52,789 nucleotides of DNA, taken from Candidatus Faecimonas gallistercoris. GTDB taxonomy: Bacteria; Bacillota_I; Bacilli_A; RF39; UBA660. Location: positions 1 through 52,789 of the forward strand of contig DVGU01000057.1 of the NCBI GenBank assembly GCA_018712565.1. Reading direction: 5' to 3'. The notes beneath the pieces are model-generated. The model worked only from the letters and a program-made list of their open reading frames with translations, was not told the origin of the DNA and searched no databases. Position 1 is the stretch's first letter. Each line of letters starts with the position of its first letter. The translations under genes were made by a program, and so were the position numbers. This document shows, one piece after another, positions 38,416 through 49,282 of this stretch.

Positions 38416-40098
38416 ATGGAGTTATATAAGATTAGAAGTAGAATTTCAATGGGAGAAAGTTTATATGATCTTCCTTTAAAAGTTACATTTTATGCTCGTG
38501 TATCTACCGACAAAGATGTACAGTTAAATTCGTTAGATAATCAAGTTATGTATTTTAGAAATTTGATAACTGAAAATAAAAATTGGACATATGTTGATGG
38601 ATATATTGATGAAGGTATAAGTGGAACAAGTGTTAATAAAAGGGAAGATTTTTTAAGAATGATTGAAGATTCTAAAACAGGAAAGTTTGATTTGATTTTA
38701 ACGAAAGAAATATCACGATTTTCAAGAAGTACACTAGATAGTATCAAATATACACAAGAATTATTAGAAAATGGTGTTGGAGTTTTATTTCAATCGGATA
38801 ACATAAATACCATAATGCCAGATTCAGAACTTCGTTTAACTATTATGGCTAGTATTGCACAAGAAGAAGTTCGTAAATTAAGTGAGAGAGTGAAGTTTGG
38901 AATGAAAAGAAGTATTGAAAAAGGAAAAGTATTAGGAAATAGCGTTATTACAGGTTATAAAAAAGAAAATGGAAAATTAATAATAGTCGAAAAAGAAGCA
39001 GAAATGATAAGAATAATTTACGAAATGTATGCAACTGGAGAACATGGATTAGGTTATATATCTAATTATTTATATGAAAAAGGTTTTAAAACGAGAAAAG
39101 GTGGGTATATTCATACTACTACGTTGAGAAGAATTATAACTAATCCAAAATATAAAGGGTTTTATTGTACAAATACGGTTAAGCATTTGGATTATAAAAC
39201 ACACAAACAAATTAGGTTGCCTCAAAGTGAATGGGTAGTTTATGATAGCAATGGAGATATACCTGCTATTGTATCTCCTGTACTATGGGATAAAGCAAAT
39301 GAAATACTTGCAAATAAATCAAGTGGATATTGTGCAAAAATAAAAGATATGGGTGCATTCAAAAGGACAACAACTTATGGTGGATTACTTATATGTGCAG
39401 AACACAATGTTGCATTTAGAAGATTAACATCCAATAATAAAAATGTAAGCTGGAAATGTGGAGAAATGTTAAGACGTGGTATTTCTGCCTGTGAAAGCCC
39501 TATACTTTATGAAACTGAGTTAGATGATATTTTTCATAAAGTAATTGATAAATTGATAGAAGATAGATCAAAAATTGTTAAACATTTATCTGAATTATAC
39601 AAAGAAGCAAATAGTAGCAAAAATTATGAATATGAAATAAAAAAAGTATATAATCAAATAGATGAAATTAATTTAAAGAAAAATAAGTTATTGGATTTCT
39701 TGATGGAAGAAGTTGTTAGCAGAGAAGAGTATCAACGAAGAAATACAGAATTAGAACAAGAAATTGAAAATTTAAACAATAAAATAATTAAATTAAAAAG
39801 TGATGAACTATATGAAAAACAATTAAAGAAGAAGTATAAAGAAATAGATGAAAAAATTAATAATGAAGTAGATAGCGAGGAATCATTCCGAAAACTAGTT
39901 CAACTTCTTATTGAAAGAGTTGTTGTATCTAAAATAGATGGGAATAGGAGAAAAGTTAAATTAGATATTTATGCCAATGTAGTTGGTAAAAAATTAACTG
40001 TCTATGATAAGACAGTTTTAGACGACTCCTATTCATCACCATGTAGTCATAAGGAAAATTATGACTGCTATTCTTGCAATAGAGAATGGAAATCTTAA
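38416..40098 (+). CDS. Large serine recombinase (integrase)
   Basis: YARVST catalytic Ser, SRFSR, recombinase domain (NPKYKG), zinc-ribbon CAEH...C...C, coiled coil. Confidence 0.95.
   Translation: MELYKIRSRISMGESLYDLPLKVTFYARVSTDKDVQLNSLDNQVMYFRNLITENKNWTYVDGYIDEGISGTSVNKREDFLRMIEDSKTGKFDLILTKEISRFSRSTLDSIKYTQELLENGVGVLFQSDNINTIMPDSELRLTIMASIAQEEVRKLSERVKFGMKRSIEKGKVLGNSVITGYKKENGKLIIVEKEAEMIRIIYEMYATGEHGLGYISNYLYEKGFKTRKGGYIHTTTLRRIITNPKYKGFYCTNTVKHLDYKTHKQIRLPQSEWVVYDSNGDIPAIVSPVLWDKANEILANKSSGYCAKIKDMGAFKRTTTYGGLLICAEHNVAFRRLTSNNKNVSWKCGEMLRRGISACESPILYETELDDIFHKVIDKLIEDRSKIVKHLSELYKEANSSKNYEYEIKKVYNQIDEINLKKNKLLDFLMEEVVSREEYQRRNTELEQEIENLNNKIIKLKSDELYEKQLKKKYKEIDEKINNEVDSEESFRKLVQLLIERVVVSKIDGNRRKVKLDIYANVVGKKLTVYDKTVLDDSYSSPCSHKENYDCYSCNREWKS
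40045..40062. other. Inferred element/host junction (att site)
   Basis: In the carboxypeptidase frame the sequence reads ...HHHVVIR|KIMTAILAIE. Similarity to the family motif AS(I/T)TKIMT starts at the Lys codon 40055-40057. Confidence 0.75.
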
Positions 40099-40951
40099 TA
40101 AAAAAATAACGGTTGGTGAAGAAGTACTTTCCATGTATGGTACAAATATATATATAGAAGTTGGAGAAAAAATGCGACTTAGAGATTTAATTTATGGGTT
40201 ACTTCTTCGTAGTGGTAATGATGCATCTGTAGTAATTGCTCGTGCTATTGGGGGAAGCGAGGAAAAATTTGTTAAAATGATGAATCAAAAAGCCCATGCT
40301 ATTGGAATGAAAAATACAATATTTAAAAATCCACATGGATTAGACGAAGAGAGTGAGAACTATTCAACGGCATATGACATGGCATTATTATCAAAATATG
40401 CATATCAAAATAAGGTTTATCGTAATATTGTTTCTACAGATAAATATGAAGTTTCTACTGGAAAAAAGACGTATCTTTGGTATAATCGTAATAAATTGTT
40501 AACAGAGTATGACTATTGTACAGGAGGTAAAAATGGGTATACTCCTAGAGCAGGGAAAACATTGGTTTCTACAGCTTCTAAAAATGGATTAAATTTGACT
40601 ACAGTTACTTTATCTGATGGGGATATTTATAATAATCATCGTAATTTGTTTGATGATGCATTTTCTCGTTATTATAATTATAAAATTATTGATAAAAATC
40701 ATTTTGAAGTTGATAAGGAATTTGTTGAGGATGATGTATATATTAAAGAATCTTTTTATTATCCACTTATGAAAAGTGAGTTAAATAATGTTAAGACTAT
40801 TATTCGTTTTTTTAATGATGCTTCAAATGATAAAGTTGGTGTAATTAATGTATATTTATTTGATGATGAAATAGCAAAGATTCCAATTTATAAGAATAAA
40901 AAAAACAAAGAAAGTTCTTCGTTTTTAAGATGGTTTAAATCTTTATTTTGA
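40055..40951 (+). pseudogene. dacB: 3' part of interrupted D-alanyl-D-alanine carboxypeptidase (S11, DacB-like)
   Basis: KIMTAILAIE, SGNDA (SxN), NPHGLD, GGKNGYT present; signal peptide and SxxK serine absent. Confidence 0.85.
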
Positions 40952-41863
40952 TGATAGTCGAAAAAAATTAATACTTGGATGACAAAATAGGCGGATCCCA
41001 TTTCCATTAGTTCCAAGACCACTTGATATATATAATTTAGAATTATTTAATTGATAAAATTCATTTATGTAGTTTTTGGCACCTTCTTTTTTTATGATTC
41101 CTCCTATATATGGAAGTGCGATTTGCCCATTATGTGAATGGCCGGCTAAAAAAATATCTGTTGGATAAGATGATATTATGTTATCTACTGAGTCTGGTTC
41201 ATGTAATAAAGAAATAGTGAATATATCATTATTGTGTGTTGATTTAGTAAAATATTTATATGCTTGATCTATATTTATTGCTCCTGTTATGCTACTATTT
41301 AAGCCAATTAACAAAATAGGAGTATTACTATTTTTATAGATTAATTCATAGGAATTATTTAATATAGTAAAATTACTTTGATTCATGATTGTTGTAAAGG
41401 TATTTGAATCTTCTTCACCTAGTATTGCATATTTTCCTATTGTTGATTTTATTTTTTTCATTTGTTTTATGAGTTTTTCTTGCTCTGAAGAATTTATTTT
41501 ATAGTTTTTATTGATTAAATCTCCTGTAAATACTACTAAATCCGGATTTCTACGATTAATTATATTTATTAAATTTTTAATATCTTCTATAAATATTGTT
41601 GATCCATAATGAATATCGGATATTTGAATAATTTTTAAACCGTCAAAGCTTTTTGGTAATTTCTCACTAGTAATTCTTGTTTCTTTTACGGAAATTATTT
41701 TTGATGAAATATATGTTGTATATAAAAAGAAAGTCATGCTTATGATGATAATTATCAATATTATTTTAAAAGTAGTTAAAACGATTTTTTTTCGTAATTC
41801 TCTATTTTCTTCTTTTATAATCTCATTTTGTTTTTCTTCATTTCGTTCTGTTCTTGTTACCAT
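40943..41863 (-). CDS. Membrane-anchored metallophosphoesterase (YkuE-like)
   Basis: SDIH, TGDL, HEPD, AGHSHNGQ. Confidence 0.88.
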   Translation of the reverse strand: MVTRTERNEEKQNEIIKEENRELRKKIVLTTFKIILIIIIISMTFFLYTTYISSKIISVKETRITSEKLPKSFDGLKIIQISDIHYGSTIFIEDIKNLINIINRRNPDLVVFTGDLINKNYKINSSEQEKLIKQMKKIKSTIGKYAILGEEDSNTFTTIMNQSNFTILNNSYELIYKNSNTPILLIGLNSSITGAINIDQAYKYFTKSTHNNDIFTISLLHEPDSVDNIISSYPTDIFLAGHSHNGQIALPYIGGIIKKEGAKNYINEFYQLNNSKLYISSGLGTNGNGIRLFCHPSINFFRLSSK

Positions 41864-42109
41864 ATTATCACCAATATTATTGTATCAAATTTCTGTTAAA
41901 AAGTCTTTTGTTTCAAAAATTATAAGTTCTATTTTTTATAATTTTAATAATTTTAATGTAAATAAAATAGTTCAATTGAACTTTTATATGTTCTTTATTG
42001 ATATATAAATTGTTGAATGTATTTATAAAAATGTTTACAAGATTATACTTTTATTAATATAATTCATTTTTTAAAGTGATTTATGATACAATAATATAGG
42101 TGATGAAAA

Positions 42110-43492
42110 ATGAAATATGACGTTGTAATTGTTGGGGCTGGTCCTGCTGGATTATTTACTGCTTATGAACTTATTACAAAAAATAAAAATTTAAAAATCG
42201 CTTTGATGGATAAAGGACAAAAGGTAAAAACTAGATTTTGTCCTATGAGCAAGCATAAGATAAAATGTGTTAATTGTAATCCATGTCGTATTTTATCTGG
42301 TTATGGTGGTGCTGGTACTTTTTCGGATGGAAAATTAAATTTTATTCCTAAACTTGGAAAAAGTGATTTGTTTAAGTATATGAGTGAAAGTGAAGCAAAT
42401 CATTTGATTGATGATACTGAAGAAATATTTACTAAGTTTGGGATGGATAGTGATGTTTTTCCTAGTAATATGGATGAGGCATTAGAAATAAAGAGAAAAG
42501 TAGCTGTTCAAGGTGCTAGATTATTGTTAATTCGACAAAAGCATTTGGGAAGTGATCATTTACCTGAATATATTAATAATTTTAGTAATTATTTAGAAAA
42601 TTACGGGGTAGATTTATATGAGAATACTGATGTATCGGATATTGTTTCTGTTGATAATGGATATGAGGTTAGATATGGTAAGAAAAAACTCACTACTCGA
42701 AAAGTAGTTGTTGCGCCTGGTAGAACTGGTGCAAAATGGATTCAAGAATTAGCTGATAAATATCATATTCCATATTTATCTCAGAGTATTGAAATCGGTG
42801 TTCGCGTGGAGGTTAGAAAAGAAATTTTAGAGTCTATTACTGATGTAATTTACGATCCGACTATTTTTATACGTACGGATACTTATGGTGATGAGATTCG
42901 AACTTTTTGTACGAATCCTGGTGGGTTTGTTGCGAAAGAAAATTATTATGGCTATATTTGTGTTAATGGTCACGCATTAAAGGATGTGAAGTCTAATAAC
43001 AGTAATTTTGCTTTTATTAGTCGTGTTCATTTAACTGAACCTGTTACGAATACTAGATTGTATGGTGAATCTATTGCTAGAATTGCTAATGTATTAGGTG
43101 ATTCTAAACCTATTATTCAATCTCTTAAGGATTTGAAAAGTGGCAGAAGATCTACTTGGCATCGAATTAACCAAGGATTTGTAGAACCAACGTTAAAAGA
43201 TTGTGTTGCAGGAGACCTTGCTTTAGTTTTGCCACATCGTATTGTTACTAATATTTTGGAAGGATTGCAAAAATTGGATAAAATTATCCCTGGTGTTAAC
43301 AATGATGAAACGCTTCTTTATGGTCCGGAGATAAAATTCTTTAGTAACGAAATAGAAACAGATAATCATTTTAAATTAAAGTCTGAGGATATTTATTTTA
43401 TAGGTGATGGTGCTGGTAAAGCTGGCAATATTGTAGTAGCTGCTGCAACGGGATTGGTTGCTGCACGTGATATTTTGGAAAAGGAGAAATGA
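42110..43492 (+). CDS. FAD-dependent oxidoreductase
   Basis: GAGPAG, GGAGTFSDGK, GDGAG. Confidence 0.9.
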   Translation: MKYDVVIVGAGPAGLFTAYELITKNKNLKIALMDKGQKVKTRFCPMSKHKIKCVNCNPCRILSGYGGAGTFSDGKLNFIPKLGKSDLFKYMSESEANHLIDDTEEIFTKFGMDSDVFPSNMDEALEIKRKVAVQGARLLLIRQKHLGSDHLPEYINNFSNYLENYGVDLYENTDVSDIVSVDNGYEVRYGKKKLTTRKVVVAPGRTGAKWIQELADKYHIPYLSQSIEIGVRVEVRKEILESITDVIYDPTIFIRTDTYGDEIRTFCTNPGGFVAKENYYGYICVNGHALKDVKSNNSNFAFISRVHLTEPVTNTRLYGESIARIANVLGDSKPIIQSLKDLKSGRRSTWHRINQGFVEPTLKDCVAGDLALVLPHRIVTNILEGLQKLDKIIPGVNNDETLLYGPEIKFFSNEIETDNHFKLKSEDIYFIGDGAGKAGNIVVAAATGLVAARDILEKEK

Positions 43493-43493
43493 T

Positions 43494-44162
43494 ATGAAAA
43501 AATTATTTCTAGTATTTATTACTATTTTTTCTGTATTTAGTTTGACAGGTTGTGGTGTGAAAGAAGATTTGCTTGGTATAGCTTATAATGTTGCTGGTAA
43601 TGAAGCAACTCTTGGTCAATATGATACTAAGAATCCTGTTGTTGCAATTTATGTGGAAGATTATGGGTCTATTGTTATGGAACTTTATCCTGAAATTGCA
43701 CCGAATACAGTTAATAATTTTATTTCTTTAGTGAAATCTGGTTTTTATGATGATAATACTTTTCATCGATTAGTTCCTGGTTTTGTATTACAAGGAGGAG
43801 ATCCTAATGGTAATGGAACAGGTGGACCTGGGTATACTATTAAAGGTGAATTTAGTGAAAATAATTTTGAGAATGATTTAAAACATGAAAAATGGGTTGT
43901 TTCTATGGCACGTAGTGAAGATTATGATTCTGCTGGTAGTCAGTTTTTTATTATGTTAGGTAAAGCAGAAAACTTGGATGGACAGTACGCAGCTTTTGGA
44001 AAAGTAATTGATGGAAAAGAAAATATTAATCGTATTGTTAAGAGTGAAGGAGTAAGTGATCCAGATTCTGGAAAGCTTACACATAATTTAATTATAAAAA
44101 AGGCTGTTGTGGATTTAAAAGGTAAAGAATATCCAGCTGTAGAAAAGATTAGTGAGAGCTAA
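43494..44162 (+). CDS. Cyclophilin-type peptidyl-prolyl isomerase, lipoprotein
   Basis: LTGC lipobox; APNTVNNF, FHRLVPGFVLQGGDP, SMAR, GSQFFI. Confidence 0.92.
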   Translation: MKKLFLVFITIFSVFSLTGCGVKEDLLGIAYNVAGNEATLGQYDTKNPVVAIYVEDYGSIVMELYPEIAPNTVNNFISLVKSGFYDDNTFHRLVPGFVLQGGDPNGNGTGGPGYTIKGEFSENNFENDLKHEKWVVSMARSEDYDSAGSQFFIMLGKAENLDGQYAAFGKVIDGKENINRIVKSEGVSDPDSGKLTHNLIIKKAVVDLKGKEYPAVEKISES

Positions 44163-44224
44163 TCTTTATTTATTTTAGATTTTAAACTTGTCAAGAGAAA
44201 AAAATTGGTTTATACTATGTGATA

Positions 44225-44446
44225 GATGCGATGAAGTTGAGGAGTAAAAATAGTTTGGCTTTTAGAGAGGTTATGGTTGGTGAAAATAACTAGTAATCTA
44301 TTTTGAAGGTAGCAATGGAGCAGATTTTCTGAACTTATAGTAGGAAATATCCGTTCATCACGTTACGATGTTGAGATAGAGTTTTTAATTCTATAAAATA
44401 AGGTGGTACCACGAGTTTTCGTCCTTTGGATGAAGCTCGTTTTTTG
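44225..44446 (+). promoter_or_regulatory. T-box riboswitch (Val)
   Basis: AGAGA and GGTGAAA stem-I motifs, GTA specifier at 44309-44311, T-box AGGTGGTACCACG 44401-44413, terminator ACGAG...CTCGT-T run. Confidence 0.92.
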
Positions 44447-44541
44447 TTAAGGAGTGATTTTAATGATATTTATGTTTAAGGGTGATTATGTACGAGTCTG
44501 TTTATAATTTGTATAGGGTAATTTGTAGATAGAAAGGAAGG

Positions 44542-47094
44542 ATGTATATTATGTTAGATAAAAAATATAATCATGTAGAAGTAGAAAAAAATAAATATGA
44601 AGAATGGAAGAGTAAAGGCTATTTTAAATCTGATAGCAAGAGTGATAAGACGCCTTATTGTATTGTAATACCTCCTCCAAATGTAACAGGAAAGCTTCAT
44701 TTGGGTCATGCCTGGGATACAACACTTCAAGATATTTTGATTCGTTATAAGAGAATGCAAGGATATGATGCTTTATGGCTTCCTGGAATGGATCATGCTG
44801 GTATTGCTACACAAGCTAAAGTTGATAAGCGACTTCGTGATATGGGTATTAATCCTCGTGGTATTTCTCGTGATGAATGGTTACAACACGCATGGAGTTG
44901 GAAAGATGAATATGCTAATACCATTCATGAACAATGGGCAAAATTAGGACTTAGTTTGGATTATTCTAAAGAAAGATTTACTTTAGATAAGGGCCTTAAT
45001 GATGCGGTTAATTATGTTTTTGTTAAACTTTATGAAGAGGGGCTTATTTATCGAGGAGAGCGAATTATTAACTGGGATCCAGTTCAGATGACAGCACTTT
45101 CTAATGAAGAAGTTATTTATAAAGAAGATAAAGGTGCATTTTACCATATTAAGTATTTTATTACTGGAACAGATGATTATTTGGATGTAGCAACAACTCG
45201 TCCTGAAACTTTATTTGGTGATACGGCGGTTGCGGTTAATCCGAAAGATGAGCGTTATAAACATTTGATTGGAAAAACGGTTATTTTACCAATTGTTAAT
45301 AAGGAAATTCCAATTGTGGGTGATATTCATGCAGACCCTGAATTTGGTACTGGTGTTGTTAAAATTACGCCTGCTCATGATCCTAATGATTATGAAGTAG
45401 GTATGCGTCATAATCTACCAAGAGTTGTTGTTATGAATTTGGATGCTACAATGAATGAGAATGCTCCTGGATATGAAGGAATGGCTCGCGAAGAGTGTCG
45501 TGAGAAGTTATTAGAAGACTTAAAAGAGAAAGATTTATTAATTCGTGTTGAAGAGATGGTGCATAATGTTGGTCATAGTGAGAGAAGTGATGCAGTCGTT
45601 GAACCAACACTTTCTAAACAATGGTTTGTTAAGATGAGACCTCTTGCTGATAGAGTTTTGGAAAATCAAAAAAATAAAGATACAAAAGTTAATTTTGTAC
45701 CAGAGCGTTATGAGAAGACGATGAATCATTGGATGGAAATTACTTATGATTGGTGTATTTCTAGACAGTTATGGTGGGGACATAGAATTCCTGCTTGGTA
45801 TCGTGGAGATGAAGTTTATGTCGGACTTAGTGCTCCAGAAGGTGATGGCTGGGTACAGGATGATGATGTTCTTGATACTTGGTTTTCATCTGCTTTATGG
45901 CCATTTTCTACTTTAGGATGGCCTGAAGAAACTGATGATTTTAAGAGATATTATCCAAATAATGTATTAGTTACTGGTTATGATATTATTCCATTCTGGG
46001 TAAACCGTATGACTTTCCAAGGTTTAGAGTTTACTGGAAAACGTCCATTTAAAGATTGTCTTATTCACGGACTTATTCGTGATAAAGAGGGACGTAAGAT
46101 GAGTAAATCTTTAGGAAATGGTGTTGATCCTATGGATGTTATTGATGAGTACGGTGCTGACAGTTTGCGTTTTTATTTAACGACTAACACGGCTCCTGGC
46201 ACAGATTTGCGTTATGATGAGGAAAAGGTAAAATCAACATGGAATTTTATTAATAAATTATGGAATGCATCTCGTTATGTTTTAATGAATATTGATGATT
46301 TAACAAAAGAAGAAATTACGTTTCGTAATTTAAGTAAAGCTGATAAGTGGATTTTGACTGCTAAAAATCAGTTAATTCAAGAAGTTACTAAAAATATGGA
46401 TAGTTATGATTTTCAAAATGTAGGGAATGCATTATACCAATTTATTTGGGAAGATTTCTGTGATAATTATATTGAACTTAGTAAAGCTTTAATGAATGAT
46501 ACTACTAAGAGTGTTTTATTAGATGTTCTTACGACAATTTTGAAGTTATTGCATCCATTTATGCCTTATGTAACAGAAGAGATTTATGATAAGCTTCCAG
46601 TTAAGGCAAGCGAATCTATTATGATTAGTTCTTATCCTATATATAATGAAAATGAAGTTTTTGTAAATGATTATGAGAATGTTCGAAAAGCAATTTCTGA
46701 TTTAACTGAAATTCGTAATTTAAAAGTTACCAATGGTGTTAAGAAGGACGCTAAAGTTCAGTTAGATACTAGTAAAGATTTAGAATATATTTATCGTTCT
46801 CAATTAAAAATTACGGATGATAATTTAATTACTAATAATGATGACATTACTAGTTATCAGACAATTTCTTATCAATCACCTTTAGTTCAGATTACTTATT
46901 ATTTTGAAAATGAAATTAATAAAGAGCAATTAAAAGAAGAAATAAAAAAATTAAAATCTTCTATTGAAAGACGAGAAAAACTTCTTTCTAATGAGAACTA
47001 TGTTAATAAAGCGCCAAAGAATATTGTAGATATGGATCGTGTAAAACTAAAAGAAGAACAAGAAAAACTGAAGTCTTTAGAGTCACAATTATAG
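44542..47094 (+). CDS. valS: Valine--tRNA ligase
   Basis: [31 protein letters not shown]-terminal coiled coil. Confidence 0.98.
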   Translation: MYIMLDKKYNHVEVEKNKYEEWKSKGYFKSDSKSDKTPYCIVIPPPNVTGKLHLGHAWDTTLQDILIRYKRMQGYDALWLPGMDHAGIATQAKVDKRLRDMGINPRGISRDEWLQHAWSWKDEYANTIHEQWAKLGLSLDYSKERFTLDKGLNDAVNYVFVKLYEEGLIYRGERIINWDPVQMTALSNEEVIYKEDKGAFYHIKYFITGTDDYLDVATTRPETLFGDTAVAVNPKDERYKHLIGKTVILPIVNKEIPIVGDIHADPEFGTGVVKITPAHDPNDYEVGMRHNLPRVVVMNLDATMNENAPGYEGMAREECREKLLEDLKEKDLLIRVEEMVHNVGHSERSDAVVEPTLSKQWFVKMRPLADRVLENQKNKDTKVNFVPERYEKTMNHWMEITYDWCISRQLWWGHRIPAWYRGDEVYVGLSAPEGDGWVQDDDVLDTWFSSALWPFSTLGWPEETDDFKRYYPNNVLVTGYDIIPFWVNRMTFQGLEFTGKRPFKDCLIHGLIRDKEGRKMSKSLGNGVDPMDVIDEYGADSLRFYLTTNTAPGTDLRYDEEKVKSTWNFINKLWNASRYVLMNIDDLTKEEITFRNLSKADKWILTAKNQLIQEVTKNMDSYDFQNVGNALYQFIWEDFCDNYIELSKALMNDTTKSVLLDVLTTILKLLHPFMPYVTEEIYDKLPVKASESIMISSYPIYNENEVFVNDYENVRKAISDLTEIRNLKVTNGVKKDAKVQLDTSKDLEYIYRSQLKITDDNLITNNDDITSYQTISYQSPLVQITYYFENEINKEQLKEEIKKLKSSIERREKLLSNENYVNKAPKNIVDMDRVKLKEEQEKLKSLESQL

Positions 47095-47120
47095 TAAGTT
47101 TTAAATTTAGGTAAAAGTTT

Positions 47121-47966
47121 ATGGAAAAAATTTTTCAAGAGTTGTTGAATGGGTATAATTTTATTGATGTATTGGATAAATATCAATTATATAAATATGA
47201 ACTTCTTTTGTTAATTTATAAAGAATTAGTAAATAATAATTTGACTGTAAAAGAAAAAAGTCAGTTATATTCAATTTATTTTGATAATTTTAGTATGGTG
47301 GATTTAACTGGTGAGTCTGTTGTATATGTCTCTGATACTCATTTTGCTAGTAAGGATGAAAATTTAGATTATTTTTCTGTTGTTAAAGATTTTTGTCATC
47401 AAAATCACATTTCTTATTTATTTCACGGCGGAGATATTGGAGATGGAATGGTTAATTATTCTCCTAAATATTTTACTCCTGCAAAACAAATAGAGCATAT
47501 TTTGGATATATATCTTGATGATAGTTATATTAGTCAATTTGTTTTAGGTGGAAATCATGATTATAAATATAAGAAACATCATATTGACTTGATTAAAATT
47601 TTGGCGAAAGAGAAGAATAATATTGTTCCTATGGGGTATTATCAATCTTATTTTAAAATATATAATTATTTAATTTCTTTTGAACATTGTTCGAAAAAAA
47701 ACTATAAATATAATTTTGTTTTTCCACAGTTTTCTATTATGGGGCATGCACATAAAAGTAGATTTGCAGATAATTTTATTAAATTACCACCTTTGTGTGA
47801 TGATAATCGAAATCATTATGGTTCTTCTTTAGATTCTTTTGCAGGATTTGTATTAATGAAGACAAGTAAAGATGTAAATTATGTAAATTTAGAGTTTGAT
47901 CGATTTTCTATTTCTTCTTTAGTTTCTATAAAACAAGAATCTAAAATTTATCAATTAATGAAATAA
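47121..47966 (+). CDS. Calcineurin-like metallophosphoesterase
   Basis: SDTH, GDIGD, GNHD, GHAH. Confidence 0.85.
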   Translation: MEKIFQELLNGYNFIDVLDKYQLYKYELLLLIYKELVNNNLTVKEKSQLYSIYFDNFSMVDLTGESVVYVSDTHFASKDENLDYFSVVKDFCHQNHISYLFHGGDIGDGMVNYSPKYFTPAKQIEHILDIYLDDSYISQFVLGGNHDYKYKKHHIDLIKILAKEKNNIVPMGYYQSYFKIYNYLISFEHCSKKNYKYNFVFPQFSIMGHAHKSRFADNFIKLPPLCDDNRNHYGSSLDSFAGFVLMKTSKDVNYVNLEFDRFSISSLVSIKQESKIYQLMK

Positions 47967-48056
47967 TGTTGACATTTTTTGTAAGAAAAATAAAAAATGT
48001 CTTTTTTTTCGACAAAAAACATGGTTTTAATTTGTTACTTTATAAATGGTGATAAA

Positions 48057-48509
48057 ATGAAAAAGACAATGTTATTAGCTGTAATTTTTGTTGCATTAGG
48101 GGCAATTTGTGGTAATTATTTATATCAGGCAGCTCCGGATAGTATATCGGTATTTCAGGAGAAAAATACTTATTATTTTTTACAAGAAGGCGTTTATTCT
48201 TCTAAAGATATTATGCAAGAAAATGTTGGGGATTTGACGAATAAACTAACTGTTTTTGAAGATAATAAGTATTATGTGTATGTTGGTATTACTCAAAGTC
48301 AAGAGAATGCAAAAAAGATAAAAAAAATATATGAAGATATGGGTTATCAAATTTATTTAATGGATAAAACAATAAATAATGAGGAGTTTTCTAATAATGT
48401 TACACAATTCGATTTATTAGTTAGTGAATCCGATTCTTCGGAGGATATTTTAACTATTGAGGAAGTTGTACTTGCTAATTATGAAGAGATATTTGGTACG
48501 GGAATGTAG
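48057..48509 (+). CDS. Membrane-anchored SPOR-like domain protein
   Basis: N-terminal TM, YFLQEGVYSS, YYVYVG; sits upstream of radC. Confidence 0.6.
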   Translation: MKKTMLLAVIFVALGAICGNYLYQAAPDSISVFQEKNTYYFLQEGVYSSKDIMQENVGDLTNKLTVFEDNKYYVYVGITQSQENAKKIKKIYEDMGYQIYLMDKTINNEEFSNNVTQFDLLVSESDSSEDILTIEEVVLANYEEIFGTGM

Positions 48510-48536
48510 TAATTTTTTCTAATTATAATAATAGAG

Positions 48537-49232
48537 GTGGTGTTTATTAATTATAAAATGAAAGAATTGCCTGATAATGAGCGGCCAAGAGAAAGACTTA
48601 TTTCTTATGGTGCCAGTTCTTTGTCAGATTCACAGCTACTTGCTATTTTACTTCGTAATGGGTATCATGATAAAAATGTTTATGATTTAGCTATTGATAT
48701 ATTAAAACAATTTCCGCTTTCTAAAATTCAAGAATGTAGTTATTATGATTTGATTTCTATTAAGGGGGTAGGGAAGGTTAAAGCTATAGAAATTCTTGCG
48801 GCTATTGAGTTTGGTAAGCGTATATTTTTAAGGAAAAGTGAGAAATTAGTTAAGTTAAAGTGTGCTATGGATATTTGGAATGATGTAAAGTATTTAATTA
48901 CTGATTTAAAACAAGAACATTTTTATTGTTATTATTTTAATCACAAACAAGAATTATTAGAAAGGAAGTTATTATTTATGGGAACTATTAATCGTAGTAT
49001 TGTACATCCTAGAGAAGTTTTTAAGGAGGCTTATCGGTTAAGTGCATCTAGTATTGTATGTATTCATAATCATCCATCTAATCATGTAATGCCAAGTAAA
49101 GAAGATGTTTTGCTTACCGATCATTTAGTAAAAACTGGTTATATTCAAGGTATTCCTATTCGAGATCACATTATTGTTGGAGAAGATTCTTATTATAGTT
49201 TTTATGAACATCATAATATTTTAAATCTATAG
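48537..49232 (+). CDS. radC: RadC (JAB domain) protein
   Basis: ERPRERL, VHPREVF, HNHPS, DHIIVG. Confidence 0.95.
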   Translation: MVFINYKMKELPDNERPRERLISYGASSLSDSQLLAILLRNGYHDKNVYDLAIDILKQFPLSKIQECSYYDLISIKGVGKVKAIEILAAIEFGKRIFLRKSEKLVKLKCAMDIWNDVKYLITDLKQEHFYCYYFNHKQELLERKLLFMGTINRSIVHPREVFKEAYRLSASSIVCIHNHPSNHVMPSKEDVLLTDHLVKTGYIQGIPIRDHIIVGEDSYYSFYEHHNILNL

Positions 49233-49282
49233 TTGCAGTCAAAATTTATTTATATTATAATAAGTTGGAATGGGATGATGTT

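Larger units (their letters stand above)
1..40054 (+). mobile_element. Integrative conjugative element, right-hand part (left end upstream of window), inserted in a dacB-like gene
   Basis: Co-oriented VirB4, VirD4, relaxase, pilin/VirB6-like genes, SNF2-methylase and a terminal large serine recombinase that abuts a 5'-truncated carboxypeptidase. By eye, Arg codons are mostly AGA left of about 40.05 kb and often CGT to the right. Including the cargo at 1-10 kb is an inference, because the 5' half of dacB is not in the window. Confidence 0.88.

Noticed and set aside
1567-47186. Short antisense or nested ORFs in the track (e.g. 1567-1860, 12257-12649, 19680-20069, 31810-32046, 35583-35819, 41736-42008, 44765-44947)
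   Set aside because: They overlap well-supported genes and show no recognisable motifs; treated as shadow ORFs.
48537-49232. radC as mobile-element or anti-restriction cargo
   Set aside because: Full-length and in the conserved chromosomal position before mreC.
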